From assembly GCA_016204335.1 (NCBI GenBank), contig JACQKU010000008.1, forward strand, positions 10,913-74,912: a stretch of 64,000 bases of DNA, written 5' to 3'. The first letter of the stretch is position 1. Every line of letters begins with the position of its first letter. This document shows positions 37,157-44,905 of the stretch, piece by piece. This DNA is from Candidatus Liptonbacteria bacterium. Lineage in GTDB: Bacteria; Patescibacteriota; Minisyncoccia; UBA6257; 2-01-FULL-56-20. The notes beneath the pieces were generated by a model. It ran no database searches and had not been told where the DNA came from. It was given only the letters and a program-made list of their open reading frames with translations. A program made the translations under genes and the position numbers.

Positions 37157-38245
37157 ATGCAAGGCGTAAAAAGAATATTTTTCATACCGCCGGGCTCGTC
37201 CGCCCGCACCGGCAAACATTTACTTGAAGACCTCAATTTGGTTTTTTTGGACAAAACATTTTTTGATTTTTTTCGGGAGCGTGGAATGGAACTTTATACG
37301 ATAGACGCCTGGAGGCCGGAATCCCACAACGATAAAGAAGACGCGCTTGCGGTTTTCAACCATCCGGACGAAGGGTTCCTTCTTCGCGCGTTCTATTATC
37401 TGAAATTCGCCGGAAAAGGGAGGGGAAAATATTCGGTCGACAAAAAAACGCTTAACGTTCTCCTTGGCGCGTTTTCGCGGAAAATTCTTTTTCAGGCAGA
37501 GCCGCCGATTGTCATGCCGTGGCCGTACCGGCATATGAAAAAACTGAAAAAAGAATACAGCTCTGTTTTTTCGACCATTCATCTCGAAAGCGAAGGAGTC
37601 AAGTATTTTATTCTCCCATACAATTACACCGACAGGTTCGGAAAAAATAAAATCGGGGAACACTTCGACGCGCCCAAAGAAAAATTTCTCGTGATGATTA
37701 ACTCCAACGCAAGGCCGCATGGCTACTTCAAATATGAGCTCTATTCGGAGCGTCTGCGCGCCATAAAATATTTTTGCGACAAGCCGGGATTCGACCTTTA
37801 CGGAGTGCGCTGGGACAGGAAGCCGTTTCTGCATTGGAGCTACGCGCCATACGTGAAAAAGGTCTGGCGCGGGAGCATTCCCGGGGATAATATCGAGAGT
37901 AAGCTTCCCACGCTCGCCATGTACAAGTTCACGCTGCTTTTTGAAAACAGCACTTTCCCGGGTTATGTGGATATAAAACTTCTCGACCCGCTGGTTACGG
38001 GGACCGTCCCTGTGTATTTGGGAGCGCCCGATATTGCGAATTATATTCCCAAAGGATGTTTTATTGACATGCGTGATTTCAGAACCTATAATGAACTGGA
38101 AAAATATCTCCGCGCGATGAGTGATACGGAGCGGGAACGGTATCGTTCGAACATCCGCGATTTTTTCCGTTCGGAACAGGCAAAGGTTTTTACTCCGCGT
38201 TATTTCGCGGAAGTCGTGCATCGGGCCGTTCAGGAAGTTTTTTGA
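37157..38245 (+). CDS. GT10-like (alpha-1,3-fucosyltransferase-type) glycosyltransferase
   Basis: ELYSER, DLYG..W, YKFTLLFENS.FPGYV..K......GTVPVYLGAPDI. Confidence 0.85.
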   Translation: MQGVKRIFFIPPGSSARTGKHLLEDLNLVFLDKTFFDFFRERGMELYTIDAWRPESHNDKEDALAVFNHPDEGFLLRAFYYLKFAGKGRGKYSVDKKTLNVLLGAFSRKILFQAEPPIVMPWPYRHMKKLKKEYSSVFSTIHLESEGVKYFILPYNYTDRFGKNKIGEHFDAPKEKFLVMINSNARPHGYFKYELYSERLRAIKYFCDKPGFDLYGVRWDRKPFLHWSYAPYVKKVWRGSIPGDNIESKLPTLAMYKFTLLFENSTFPGYVDIKLLDPLVTGTVPVYLGAPDIANYIPKGCFIDMRDFRTYNELEKYLRAMSDTERERYRSNIRDFFRSEQAKVFTPRYFAEVVHRAVQEVF

Positions 38246-38260
38246 GATAGAATGAGATGA

Positions 38261-38382
38261 ATCCCGTTAGAAACAACAGCTCCATGATTTTTACTACAAT
38301 GTTTCATATTTCAAACAAAAAAGTCGATTCAACTAAAATCGTTGATGTACGGTCGCCCGGGGCGGCCCGCTTCTAATGGGAT
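38261..38382 (+). mobile_element. Family-A ~120-bp inverted-repeat element; its right end runs into the ATG of the next gene
   Basis: ATCCCGTTAGAA...GGTCGCCCGGGGCGGCC..TTCTAATGGGAT. Homologous over its length to 52527-52647 (rc) and 55130-55255. Confidence 0.85.
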
Positions 38383-39607
38383 GAAAGTCGCTTTGGTTTG
38401 TTACAACTTGAAATGGGAAGGCGGGGGACAGCGCCTGATTTACGACTTGGCTCACGTTCTAACAGATACGGGCCACCGCGCGACGGTTTTTGCTCCGGAT
38501 ACCGAATATGAACCCAATGCCTACGCGGAGCTTCAGCGCGGCGTCGATATCCGGCTGGTCAAAATGCCCTCTCCATACAATTGGGCTCCGCTTCGCGCCA
38601 ATGCGTTCCGCCGCATGCTGTACAAATTTAAAAAGGAGCGGTGGCTCATCAACGCGGCGCGCATAATGGCAGCGCAGTTTCCGGTCGGCGAGTACGATGT
38701 TATAAATCTTCACGACCAGGCGTATAAATTCGCCTATTTTTACCGCAAACGCGAGCCGAACATCCGCATCGTCTGGACGAATAACGATGCGCAGTATTTA
38801 TATTTACCGCATCCGGAGAGCGTGATTTACGATTGGGGCAGTTGGATTTACAATAAATTCAAAGATTATGCCGAATCGCGGTTTTTCAAGGTATTCGATG
38901 CGGTTCAGGTTATCGAACTTGTGAACGCGCGCTGGACGGAAGAACGCGGAATGAAAGCGAACATTATCCGCCCCGGCGTCGATTTCGAAAAATTTTACGA
39001 CCCGGTTCGCGATGTCACATCCAGGGCAAAACAGAAAAAAGTCCAGATTCTCGGGTTCGGGAATCTTAATCCTTCGCGGCGTTATGAAAATATCGTCGAA
39101 GCGGTAAAAATTCTCCGCGACCGCGGCTATGACGCAAACGCCAAAATCGTTTGCCGCGATTTGTGGAAGAACGCGGCGCTCCGCGAAAAGCTTCTTACGC
39201 TCACCAAGGACTGGGGTCTCGACATAGAATTCAATTTTAACGGCGTGAGCGAGGAGAGAGCCCGGGCGTTGAGACATGAGAGCGACGTGATGGTACTTGC
39301 CATCCATCTGCCGCCGCCGAGGGACGGATTCCCCTGGCAGCTTATCGGCATCGAAGGAATGGCCGCAGGTCTGCCCCTCGTTCTTTCTAGAAAAAACGGC
39401 CTTTGCGAGGTTCTTACCGACGGAGAGAACGCTCTCTTTTTTGAACCGCTCCACGCCGAGCAAATTGCGGATAAAGTGCAATTTTTAGTCGATAATCCGG
39501 AACGACGGAATGAAATCGCGAAAAACGGCCAAGAATTTGTGCGCAAAGAACTTCAATGGAGCCACTATACGAAAGAAATACTGCGGCTTTTTGAGGGAAA
39601 GAGTTAA
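38381..39607 (+). CDS. GT4 glycosyltransferase
   Basis: GGGQR, PGVD, EGMAAGLP, DGEN. Confidence 0.92.
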   Translation: MKVALVCYNLKWEGGGQRLIYDLAHVLTDTGHRATVFAPDTEYEPNAYAELQRGVDIRLVKMPSPYNWAPLRANAFRRMLYKFKKERWLINAARIMAAQFPVGEYDVINLHDQAYKFAYFYRKREPNIRIVWTNNDAQYLYLPHPESVIYDWGSWIYNKFKDYAESRFFKVFDAVQVIELVNARWTEERGMKANIIRPGVDFEKFYDPVRDVTSRAKQKKVQILGFGNLNPSRRYENIVEAVKILRDRGYDANAKIVCRDLWKNAALREKLLTLTKDWGLDIEFNFNGVSEERARALRHESDVMVLAIHLPPPRDGFPWQLIGIEGMAAGLPLVLSRKNGLCEVLTDGENALFFEPLHAEQIADKVQFLVDNPERRNEIAKNGQEFVRKELQWSHYTKEILRLFEGKS

Positions 39608-39627
39608 CGTTTTCTGTTTCTAACGGG

Positions 39628-40092
39628 ATGAAAAAGTATTCTGTCGTCCGAAAAAGAATTCCCGAAAAGATTTATAAGGAAATCCACCGTTCATTGCCGA
39701 TAGTTTGCACGGACCTCGTCGTAACCGATGGAAAGCGGTTTTTTCTGGTAAGACGGAAAAATAAACCCGAAGCCGGCCGGTGGTGGTTTCCGGGCGGCAG
39801 AATTTTTAAAAATGAACTGTTAAAAAATGCGGCGCTAAGATTTTTAAAGCGCGAAACCGGGCTCAAAGGAAGTAAGCCAAGCCTATTGGGATTTTACGAG
39901 TACTTTGCGACGCCGGGGTATTTCCCCCGGATAAGTTCACATACCGTCATTTTTGTATTTAAAATAAAAGCTTCTTCAAATTTAAAATTCCGCCTGGATA
40001 GACAAAGCTCGGCCGCCAAATGGTTTTCAAGAATTAATCCGGCGTGGCATCCATACATCAAAACCTTTTTAAGGAAAGCTGGTTTAGAGTAA
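39628..40092 (+). CDS. NUDIX hydrolase, GDP-mannose mannosyl hydrolase-like
   Basis: PIVCTD, R.NKP....WWFPGGRI.KNE.L..A..R....ETG. Confidence 0.85.
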   Translation: MKKYSVVRKRIPEKIYKEIHRSLPIVCTDLVVTDGKRFFLVRRKNKPEAGRWWFPGGRIFKNELLKNAALRFLKRETGLKGSKPSLLGFYEYFATPGYFPRISSHTVIFVFKIKASSNLKFRLDRQSSAAKWFSRINPAWHPYIKTFLRKAGLE

Positions 40093-40138
40093 TGACATTA
40101 TGAAAATTCTCAGCTTGGCGCAATAAGATTTATATTCA

Positions 40139-40642
40139 ATGACAACGCTCGTCTTCAAAAGATTTTTTTGTAAAATCGCGTATCCGCTTGCCGCCTGGAT
40201 TCTTTGGCGGGTTAGGCCGGATGCCTCGGCCTCTGCCTGCGCGATCGCGACAAACGGGAAATTGCTTTTAATTCAGCGTTCGTACGGGCCAGGCATGTGG
40301 GATCTTCCCGGAGGGAGAATCGGCAATAAGGAAACACCGGAAGAAACCGTGCGGCGTGAAGTTGAGGAGGAAGTTGGCGTCACTCTTGGGACGGTAAAAC
40401 TGTTCGGTGAGCATTTTTTTCTTCGCGATGATGGCATTAAGCGCGGCGTGGTGCATTGTTTTTACATTGAAGTGCCGAACGAGAATTTTATCCTAAAAAG
40501 CGGGGAAATCGCCGCGGCGAAATGGGTTGCCTTAGATAGCATTCCCGAATTTCATACTCAGTCGGTTGACACCACGCTCAGATTTTTGGACCCTCAAAGG
40601 CCCTGCCCGCCGTCAATTTCCAAGCACATCACGATTTTTTGA
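40139..40642 (+). CDS. NUDIX hydrolase
   Basis: WDLPGGRI...ETPEE...REVEEEVG Nudix box. Confidence 0.9.
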   Translation: MTTLVFKRFFCKIAYPLAAWILWRVRPDASASACAIATNGKLLLIQRSYGPGMWDLPGGRIGNKETPEETVRREVEEEVGVTLGTVKLFGEHFFLRDDGIKRGVVHCFYIEVPNENFILKSGEIAAAKWVALDSIPEFHTQSVDTTLRFLDPQRPCPPSISKHITIF

Positions 40643-40675
40643 AACGGCTATCCTTAATGGCTATATAAGTCGGCG

Positions 40676-41737
40676 CTAAATATAATTTAACTCGTTAAGG
40701 CGTTCAATGACGCCAGTCGAATTGTTTTTTTGTTGTATAGCGAGGACGACCTCGGCTTCCGACACAATTTTTCTTAACGTACCCAAAATTTTTACCGGGT
40801 TTTTGCCCACTGCGGTTTCCGAAGAAAGAATCAGGCCATTCACGCCGTCGAGTACAAGGTTGATTATATCGTTGACTTCGCCTCTTGTAGGTTTGTCTTT
40901 GTGGAGCATGTTTTCAAGGAGGTGAGTAGCCACGAAAATAGGTTTCCTTTCTTTAACGCACTGTTTAGTGATGAGTTTCTGAACAAACGGTATTTTTTCG
41001 TAACCGATTTCCGTTCCGAGATCGTTTCTGTCGATAAGAATAGTGTCGCTTGCCGCGATTAGAGAATCAAGATTGTTAATTGCCCGGCGCGTTTCGATTT
41101 TCGAGGAAATCAGGATATTTTTTTTGCCGATAAATCGCCGTACTTCCTCCACATCTTTCGCGGCGCTGACGTACGACAGGGAAATCTCGGAGATTCCGTA
41201 TGGGAGAGCTTTTTTTATTACCAAACGGTCTGCGTCGGTAAGCATCGTTTTCGGTTCAATCTTTTTTTCGAGTCGGATGTTTTTTGGCACGCTCATTTCG
41301 CCTCCGCGCACTATCACGCACTCCAGCCGCGGGGACGGATCTTTTTTTCGCCCCAATACTTTTAGCACGATCCGGTTGTCGTCTATGGATATTTTTTCGC
41401 CTCTCGGGATGGCGGCGATGAATTCGGGGCGCGTGATCCATAAGGATTTTGATTGCATCGAAGAACCAAACGGTATTATTGAGATATGTTCGCGGCGTTT
41501 CAATATCGCCGTTTTTCCGAAAGGAGCCATCATTCTTGTTTCTTTTCCCTGGGTGTCAATGATGATGGGAATTTTCTTCGAGAGCGCGCGAATGTCCTCG
41601 ATAAGCTTTATCGCGCGTTCAGGGGGGGTGTGGCTAAGATTGATGCGAAGCGCATCGGTTTTTTTCCTTATGAGACCGGAAAGGGTTTTTGCGGAATCGG
41701 ACTTCGGTCCTATTGTGCAAATAATTTTTGTTTTCAT
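40676..41737 (-). CDS. pyk: Pyruvate kinase-like protein (barrel and lid only; no C-terminal domain; ends ERLNELNYI)
   Basis: TKIICTIGP, RINLSH, SKIET, DRNDLG.E, AT.LLE.M...PTRGEVNDI, LSSETAVG. Confidence 0.85.
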   Translation of the reverse strand: MKTKIICTIGPKSDSAKTLSGLIRKKTDALRINLSHTPPERAIKLIEDIRALSKKIPIIIDTQGKETRMMAPFGKTAILKRREHISIIPFGSSMQSKSLWITRPEFIAAIPRGEKISIDDNRIVLKVLGRKKDPSPRLECVIVRGGEMSVPKNIRLEKKIEPKTMLTDADRLVIKKALPYGISEISLSYVSAAKDVEEVRRFIGKKNILISSKIETRRAINNLDSLIAASDTILIDRNDLGTEIGYEKIPFVQKLITKQCVKERKPIFVATHLLENMLHKDKPTRGEVNDIINLVLDGVNGLILSSETAVGKNPVKILGTLRKIVSEAEVVLAIQQKNNSTGVIERLNELNYI

Positions 41738-41752
41738 GGTTATAATTATGCG

Positions 41753-43144
41753 CTATATCAATGGTTTTCCGGAGAGTTTTTTATACTCTTTTATCCCGAG
41801 CGCCTTGAGAATTGTAGGGGCGATTTGAACGGTTTCGACCTGCCCGAGGTTTCCTAAGGGGCCGCCTTCTTTTTTTAATATAATGACGCCTTCGGGAGCA
41901 TGCCCGGCATCGTCGGTCCCGACAGTAGTTCCTTCGGAATACAGCCCTTTATTCCCGATATCGTTATTGGTTCCGTAGCGAAGGTTGTCGAAATACACTA
42001 CTGCGTCAGGGGCTTTATCGCCTTTTTTCCTGTAAATTTTTGAAGTATCGTATACCTTTGTATTCAATTTTTCGCCTTTTACGCCTCTAATTAGCGGAAG
42101 TTCTTTACTAATCCGTCTCAAAATTTTCACCCTGTTTTTTTTGTCGTAAATATAAACATTTGCCTGATATCCTTCAGTGGCTATGACACTCGTTTTATCC
42201 CAGTCTATGGTTTCGTAGTCGAGTCGTTTCGGGCCGTTTGCGTAAAAATCCGCAAATTCTTTTTTTACGGCCAAAAAACCTTTTTCCCGCAGCCAGTCAT
42301 TTAAATTTATCCGGCGAATCATGTGGTCCATTCCATGGTCGGACACCACCATCACCGTTGTTCCGGAATCCATTTTTGAATGTTTCATAAATTTTCCGAA
42401 CTCCCCATCCACGTATTTATAGAAATCCAATACCGCGTTTTTGTAGGGTGAATTTTTGACGTAGCGTTCATGAGTGGGGTCAATATGCGCCCAGAACATA
42501 TGGTGAAGTCGGTCTGTGCCGATAGTCACAAAATCAAAAAGGTCCCAATCCATTTTTTCAAAAAGATAGCGGGCAATTTTGAAATGCTGTTTGGTCATTT
42601 TATAACTTTGCGAGATGAGAAAATCCAAATTCATTTTCTTATATCCCAGAAATCCGGCCACATCAAACATGTAATCTTTGCCGAAAAGAAGTTCTTGGAT
42701 TTTCTTCTTGAAAGAAACCGGATAGACGCTCTTATCGTCAAAGCTTGGAGTCAAAAAATCGGTTACCATTACCCCGTTAATTTTTTTTGCGGGATAGGTG
42801 AGAGGGATATTGAGCGCAATTGTCTTCTTTCCTTTTCTGCTCAGCATATCCCAAAGCAGAGGAGTTTTTATATCGGTAGATGTAACGAGCGAAGGAGTGC
42901 GGTAATGGCGTCCTTGTTTTGCCATATAACTTTGAATACCGGTTTCTCCGGGGTCCCTGCCGCTGTTGATAGAAGTCCAGGCGACGGTTGAAGTCGGCGG
43001 AACGGTGGAGTTCAAGATTCCGTAAGAACCTTCTTCGATAAGACAGGAAAAGTTGGGCAATTGGTTTCTATAACGCCCGAATACCAGTTTAGGGACAAAT
43101 CCATCTATGCCGAAAAGAAATACTTTTTGCTTTTTGGGTTTCAT
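41753..43144 (-). CDS. Alkaline phosphatase superfamily, type I phosphodiesterase/nucleotide pyrophosphatase
   Basis: FGIDG, STVPPTSTVAWTS..SG..PG, DRLHH.FW, VSDHG, GH..EG. Confidence 0.9.
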   Translation of the reverse strand: MKPKKQKVFLFGIDGFVPKLVFGRYRNQLPNFSCLIEEGSYGILNSTVPPTSTVAWTSINSGRDPGETGIQSYMAKQGRHYRTPSLVTSTDIKTPLLWDMLSRKGKKTIALNIPLTYPAKKINGVMVTDFLTPSFDDKSVYPVSFKKKIQELLFGKDYMFDVAGFLGYKKMNLDFLISQSYKMTKQHFKIARYLFEKMDWDLFDFVTIGTDRLHHMFWAHIDPTHERYVKNSPYKNAVLDFYKYVDGEFGKFMKHSKMDSGTTVMVVSDHGMDHMIRRINLNDWLREKGFLAVKKEFADFYANGPKRLDYETIDWDKTSVIATEGYQANVYIYDKKNRVKILRRISKELPLIRGVKGEKLNTKVYDTSKIYRKKGDKAPDAVVYFDNLRYGTNNDIGNKGLYSEGTTVGTDDAGHAPEGVIILKKEGGPLGNLGQVETVQIAPTILKALGIKEYKKLSGKPLI

Positions 43145-43149
43145 CGCAG

Positions 43150-44289
43150 TTATACGAATAATTTTTTTTCTTTAAGCAGTATCCTTGATATCTCGCGTCT
43201 TAGCATTTCCGCGGGAGGGGCTTTACCAATCGTAAGCATGTTCCGTATGAGCGTACCAGAGGAGTGCACGCGATACTTTTCTCCGTGCGGGCAGGCGTCC
43301 TCGAATGCGGTAGTCTTGCAACGCGTGCAGTAAAAGGCTTTTCCAAAATGGAAAATTTTTATGCCCATTGCGCGGTTATATTTTCCAATCATAAAGGCGT
43401 AATTTTGAAGCGTGTAAAAGTTTCCGACGCCCGTGTGGTCGCGCCCGACGATAAAATGCGTACAGCCGAAATTTTTGCGGATAACGGCGGTTAAAAGAGC
43501 CTCGCGCGGCCCCGCGTAGTAGGCATTGTAGGGAAGAAAGCTCAAGACGGCTTTCCCGCGCGGAAGAATGTGCGCCACAAAATAACGATAAGCTTTTGCC
43601 ACGACCTCATTCCGGAAATCGCCTTTCTTTTTAGAACCGATTAACGGATGCACAAGAATGCCGTCGGTTTTTTTAAGACCTTCCTTCTGGATGTGTTCAT
43701 GCCCAAGATGAGGCACATTCCTGGTATGAAACGCGACAATCTGTTTCCAATGCTTTTTTTGAAAAAGAGTTCTTGTTTCGCGCGGAGTCAGATACGGAAG
43801 TAATGTTCGAAGCGGTTTTCCGATCCAGGTAATATCTCCGCCGATAAGATACGGTTTTGCGCGTTTAAGTTTCGCCACGCCGGGATGCGCGACATCTGTC
43901 GTGCCGAATACTTTTTTTGCGAAAAGCGTTTTGGGAAAAGGATATATTTCTGAAATTTCGAGAAGCCCTATGATTTTTCCGGAAAAGTTCTTAAGAAATA
44001 TCTCCTTTTCTTTGAAAATTTTTTTTCGTTCGTCGGCATCAATATCAAGGATAATCGGGATAGGCCAGAAGACGTTGTTTTTCAGAGACAAATGATTGAG
44101 CACAGACAGGAAATCTTTTTTATTCAAGAATCCACTAAGGGGACTGTATGCTCCCGTTGCGATATTCCACAGTTCAACGATTTTTTCGTGAGCTATCGGA
44201 AGCGACCGAAGTTTTTGCGCCAAAAGCCGTCTCTTTTCTTTTGGAGACGCGATACGATTAATCAGCTTGTTGCCCAGAGGTTTATTCAT
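43150..44289 (-). CDS. sat: Sulfate adenylyltransferase (ATP sulfurylase)
   Basis: G.YSPL.GF, WPIPI.L, AFHTRN.PH.GHE, YAGPREA....IRKNFGCTHFIVGRDHTGVG, SGT.IR. Confidence 0.95.
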   Translation of the reverse strand: MNKPLGNKLINRIASPKEKRRLLAQKLRSLPIAHEKIVELWNIATGAYSPLSGFLNKKDFLSVLNHLSLKNNVFWPIPIILDIDADERKKIFKEKEIFLKNFSGKIIGLLEISEIYPFPKTLFAKKVFGTTDVAHPGVAKLKRAKPYLIGGDITWIGKPLRTLLPYLTPRETRTLFQKKHWKQIVAFHTRNVPHLGHEHIQKEGLKKTDGILVHPLIGSKKKGDFRNEVVAKAYRYFVAHILPRGKAVLSFLPYNAYYAGPREALLTAVIRKNFGCTHFIVGRDHTGVGNFYTLQNYAFMIGKYNRAMGIKIFHFGKAFYCTRCKTTAFEDACPHGEKYRVHSSGTLIRNMLTIGKAPPAEMLRREISRILLKEKKLFV

Positions 44290-44292
44290 GGA

Positions 44293-44511
44293 TTAAAGAT
44301 ATCCGAGTTTTTTCAGATGCTCGCGGATTTGCGTTTCTTCAGCAAAGAGCGGCTTATCGGTTTTTTCCAAAAGAAGTTCGCGCAAAATAAAGGCGACAAA
44401 AGCGGATACAGACACAAAGCCCGTGCCGTCGATTGTTTTTTCTATCCGGGCGTGAAGCGAACGGGGGATTGAGACAGTCGTGTAATCATTCCGTTTCTTT
44501 TTGATAGCCAT
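44293..44511 (-). CDS. CopG/RHH DNA-binding protein with a C-terminal LKKLGYL tail
   Basis: YTTVSIPRSL..RIEK.I.GTGF.SVSAFV..ILRE, then EETQIREHLKKLGYL*. Confidence 0.88.
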   Translation of the reverse strand: MAIKKKRNDYTTVSIPRSLHARIEKTIDGTGFVSVSAFVAFILRELLLEKTDKPLFAEETQIREHLKKLGYL

Positions 44512-44513
44512 AG

Positions 44514-44545
44514 TGTAATTATGGGTAATTACAATTTGGTGTCAA
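44514..44545 (-). promoter_or_regulatory. Promoter of the RHH-sat operon with a perfect inverted-repeat operator
   Basis: TTGACA(44545-44540)-16 nt-CATAAT, 6 nt before the ATG. The palindrome TGTAATTA-TGGG-TAATTACA at 44514-44533 overlaps the -10. Confidence 0.75.
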
Positions 44546-44603
44546 GGGGTGGCTGTGGATAAACGTATTGGGTTAACAAAATGCCGATATAAGGCCTGTT
44601 TTA

Positions 44604-44632
44604 TTGCTTATCCAGCCGGATTTTGCTAATAT
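44604..44632 (+). promoter_or_regulatory. Promoter of the 42-aa peptide gene
   Basis: TTGCTT-17 nt-TAATAT with a TG extension, 6 nt before ATG 44639. Confidence 0.55.
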
Positions 44633-44638
44633 ACGGCA

Positions 44639-44767
44639 ATGATAAAGAAAAAATCTTCAAAAAAGCGGGTGCCAGAAAAAGAAGCGGGGAACGCCGACAT
44701 AGAAAAGCGGAAGGAGGGGGAGCGGAAAAAAGTTATGGAACAGTTGCGCGCGCTGGGATATATTTAG
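44639..44767 (+). CDS. Unannotated 42-aa peptide ending EQLRALGYI
   Basis: Manual translation: MIKKKSSKKRVPEKEAGNADIEKRKEGERKKVMEQLRALGYI*. It has its own promoter-like signal and shares its tail with the adjacent RHH protein. Confidence 0.8.
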   Translation: MIKKKSSKKRVPEKEAGNADIEKRKEGERKKVMEQLRALGYI

Positions 44768-44777
44768 GGAACCAATG

Positions 44778-44904
44778 CCAGGCAGTAGAACTGCGACATT
44801 GGCAGTTCGTAATTTCAATGATTCATATCGCGAGAAAGGTCTTTTTTACTTTAGAAACTTGTAACAAGTCAGCCGCAGGCTGAAGTCGCAGTTTCACTGC
44901 CTGG
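44778..44904. mobile_element. Family-B miniature inverted-repeat element at the sulfatase start
   Basis: CCAGGCAGTAGAACTGCGAC...GTCGCAGTTTCACTGCCTGG, a subterminal TCAGCC-GCA-GGCTGA hairpin, and ATG on both flanks. Confidence 0.82.
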
Positions 44905-44905
44905 T

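Noticed and set aside
44623-44883. 86-aa ORF from the ORF track
   Set aside because: It reads through a repeat element. The overlapping 42-aa frame (44639-44767) has a promoter, an ATG and a conserved tail.
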